A stretch of DNA of 51,348 nt from Spongospora subterranea f. sp. subterranea (taxonomy: Eukaryota), in assembly GCA_049724395.1 (NCBI GenBank), contig JAUGWO010000035.1:62001-113348 (forward strand), read 5' to 3'. The notes beneath the pieces are model-generated. The model made no database searches, was not told the origin of the DNA, and was given only the letters and a program-made list of their open reading frames with translations. This document shows positions 49,320 to 51,348 of this stretch, piece after piece. The number at the start of each line of letters is the position of its first letter. The stretch's first letter is position 1. The position numbers were made by a program, and so were the translations under genes.

Positions 49320-51348
49320 TGTATCAATTATGTATTCACATGACTAACGAATGCACATATTCCCTGCAGAAGGCAATAACTAAGAAGACGGCGTGACCAC
49401 CAGTAAGACGGCAGGACCATGACTGAAGCAAAGGCCGCGTCACTGGAAGAGATGCGTCACGGACTGCGGAACCTGCGAGAGAGGTCTGCCGGAAGAGAAT
49501 GAAGAATAATACAGAATTGATTGATTGACAAAAGCGATAGATGTCTGAACTCAACTTACACGGCAAGTTGGCACAAAGAATTCTTTAGCAGCAGTAACAG
49601 TTTAACAAATGATGCAAAGTAAGGAAGCCGTCATCATGCTAGAAGAGGAGACTCTGTCCGAGCAAACAATTGGGAGAGAAGAAGGCCCCAAGAAAATGCC
49701 CACGGTAACGTTTGAAGTAAATAAGGCGCCCAGGCTTGAAGGTTTCGATCGGGAAGAGATCCTGAATTTTATGACGAAATATAAGGTCTATGTGGGCGTA
49801 TTTAAAGAAGCCGGCGCCGATGGCATGGAACCCCGTCCGTTGAAGTCGATGATTAAGCGGAGCTTGTTGAAAGCCATCTGTAGATACGAGCTGAAGGCTC
49901 ATGAAGATGTACTCACAGACAAGGACCTATACGACTGGCTGAAGGACCAGTTGGAGAAGGACAAAGACGGAGCCGACATGTCCAAACAAATGAAGAAGCT
50001 GGCCATGAAGACAGAAGGAACACCGTTAGGGAGAGTCATGTCATTAACGGGTGACTTCATGGAGATCGTGATAAAGCACGAATGGGAGAACTCGTTTGAA
50101 GGCAAGGAAGGCCAGAAGCTCGAAGTCAAGTTTCTGCTGGAAGCGGTGCGACCCTTTAAGCTGAGGGAGAAATGAGAGAAACTCATGAGCACCGAGAAGG
50201 CGGGCTTGCACAGAAGTCCAGACTTACTCTTAGCATTGCTAAAGGAGAAGGTCAGAAGTCATCAGGAGTGGGAGGACTCGGGAGGAGCGCCCCTCTTAAG
50301 AAGCAACGGTCTGAGCCCAACCCTAAGAAGCATGGGACGGATACTCGGAACCGTGTGGAGCCGCGAGAAGCGCGAGCTCCGCATAGCAATCGTCCACAAA
50401 TCAACCCGAAGAAGTGAAAGGGTTTGATTGCTACAACTGTGGAAAAGCTGGACATCCAGTCTATGCTTCCAGATAACCTGAGTAAGGAGAAGGTTGCTCA
50501 AATACTGGAAGAGAAGAAGCTTCAGAAGAATAAACAGAAGCATAAGTTTGATTATCTTTTGAAAAACAACCAACATAAGCAGAAGGCTGATTACCTCTTG
50601 GTTTATCGGCTAGTCAGAAACGATTCAGATAACAATCGTATTCTAGCTAAAGTTAATGAAGGAAGATTCGTGCCTGCTATATTGGATAGTGGTGCAACGG
50701 ATGTTAGCTTATTACCAAGAAGTATTGCTAATGAAGCTATCAGAAGTAGTAATCTAGAAGTAGAAGTGTTGGACCCACCAGTAAAGCTGATACTTGGTGA
50801 CAACGTAACCGAAATCGAATCCACGGAAGCCATCACTGTGGTCATCAGATTAAGAACAAAGGTTGGCGAGCTGATCACTCGTAAACACCGATGTCTTATC
50901 TGGGATGTACCAAGCGATGAGATTATCTTAGGAGGAGATTTATTGAAGCAGTTGGGTATTGATCCAGAAACAGCGTTGGAAATGCTAATAGAAGAGGGTA
51001 GGCCTAACCCAATCAATACAGCAATGATACCAACAGAAGCCCGATCAGAAGTGGAAGAAATACAAATTAACACAGAAGATAATGAAGAAAAGCGCAATCC
51101 ACGTGATTCGCACTTTACAGAAGATGACGTCCAAATCGGGGACGTTATAACAGAAGAAATAGAAAGCAGCCTACGACAAATGGCTTGCCAAAACTGTGGC
51201 AAGGCAAACTGAGATACTTAGTAAACAGTATGGCTCAGTCTGGCGAAAGAGTCTAGGGGTACGGACTGTCAGGGACGTTGGCACAAACGATGTTAGTAAT
51301 AAACGACGTTGTCCGAAATGAGCATTTGCCCAGCTCGGACGGTACGGT
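49320..51348 (+). mobile_element. Gypsy element: probable 5' LTR (49320-49560), gag, CCHC knuckle, aspartic protease; runs off the window
   Basis: TGTA...TACA boundaries; gag 49609-50420 (APRLEGFDRE...LLEAVRP), knuckle CYNCGKAGHPVYA (about 50428), protease AILDSGAT and IILGGDLLKQLGIDP; several frameshifts. Confidence 0.88.

Noticed and set aside
50603..51202. 199-aa minus-strand ORF
   Set aside because: Antisense shadow of the Gypsy protease region.

Overview
Eukaryotic nuclear DNA with short GT-AG introns (mostly about 45-60 nt) from a flagellated organism, since it carries a radial spoke protein 3 gene. A phytomyxid/plasmodiophorid-like protist is my guess, not something the sequence shows. 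Host genes recognisable by motif are a SHOC1/ZIP2-like meiotic crossover gene, a 4-finger C2H2 protein, RAD54B, a membrane-anchored S8 subtilase, a tandem-BRCT protein, an orphan multipass membrane protein, a head-to-head pair of germin/spherulin-like cupins, a bacterial-type glutamine-synthetase-like gamma-glutamyl ligase with an apparent mitochondrial presequence, and RSP3. Between them lie nested, decayed Ty3/Gypsy (chromodomain-bearing) and Ty1/Copia fragments, three unrelated tandem arrays (55, 40 and 56 bp units) and two degenerate SAM-domain paralogues. The least explained stretch is 47.9-49.3 kb: an orphan ORF overlapped and preceded by about 2.5 copies of a 205-bp palindrome-rich unit whose dyads show compensatory substitutions. 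Several conserved genes carry single-base indels in short homopolymers, probably assembly errors. I saw no CRISPR array, rRNA or tRNA. Family calls are from remembered motifs; no searches were run.
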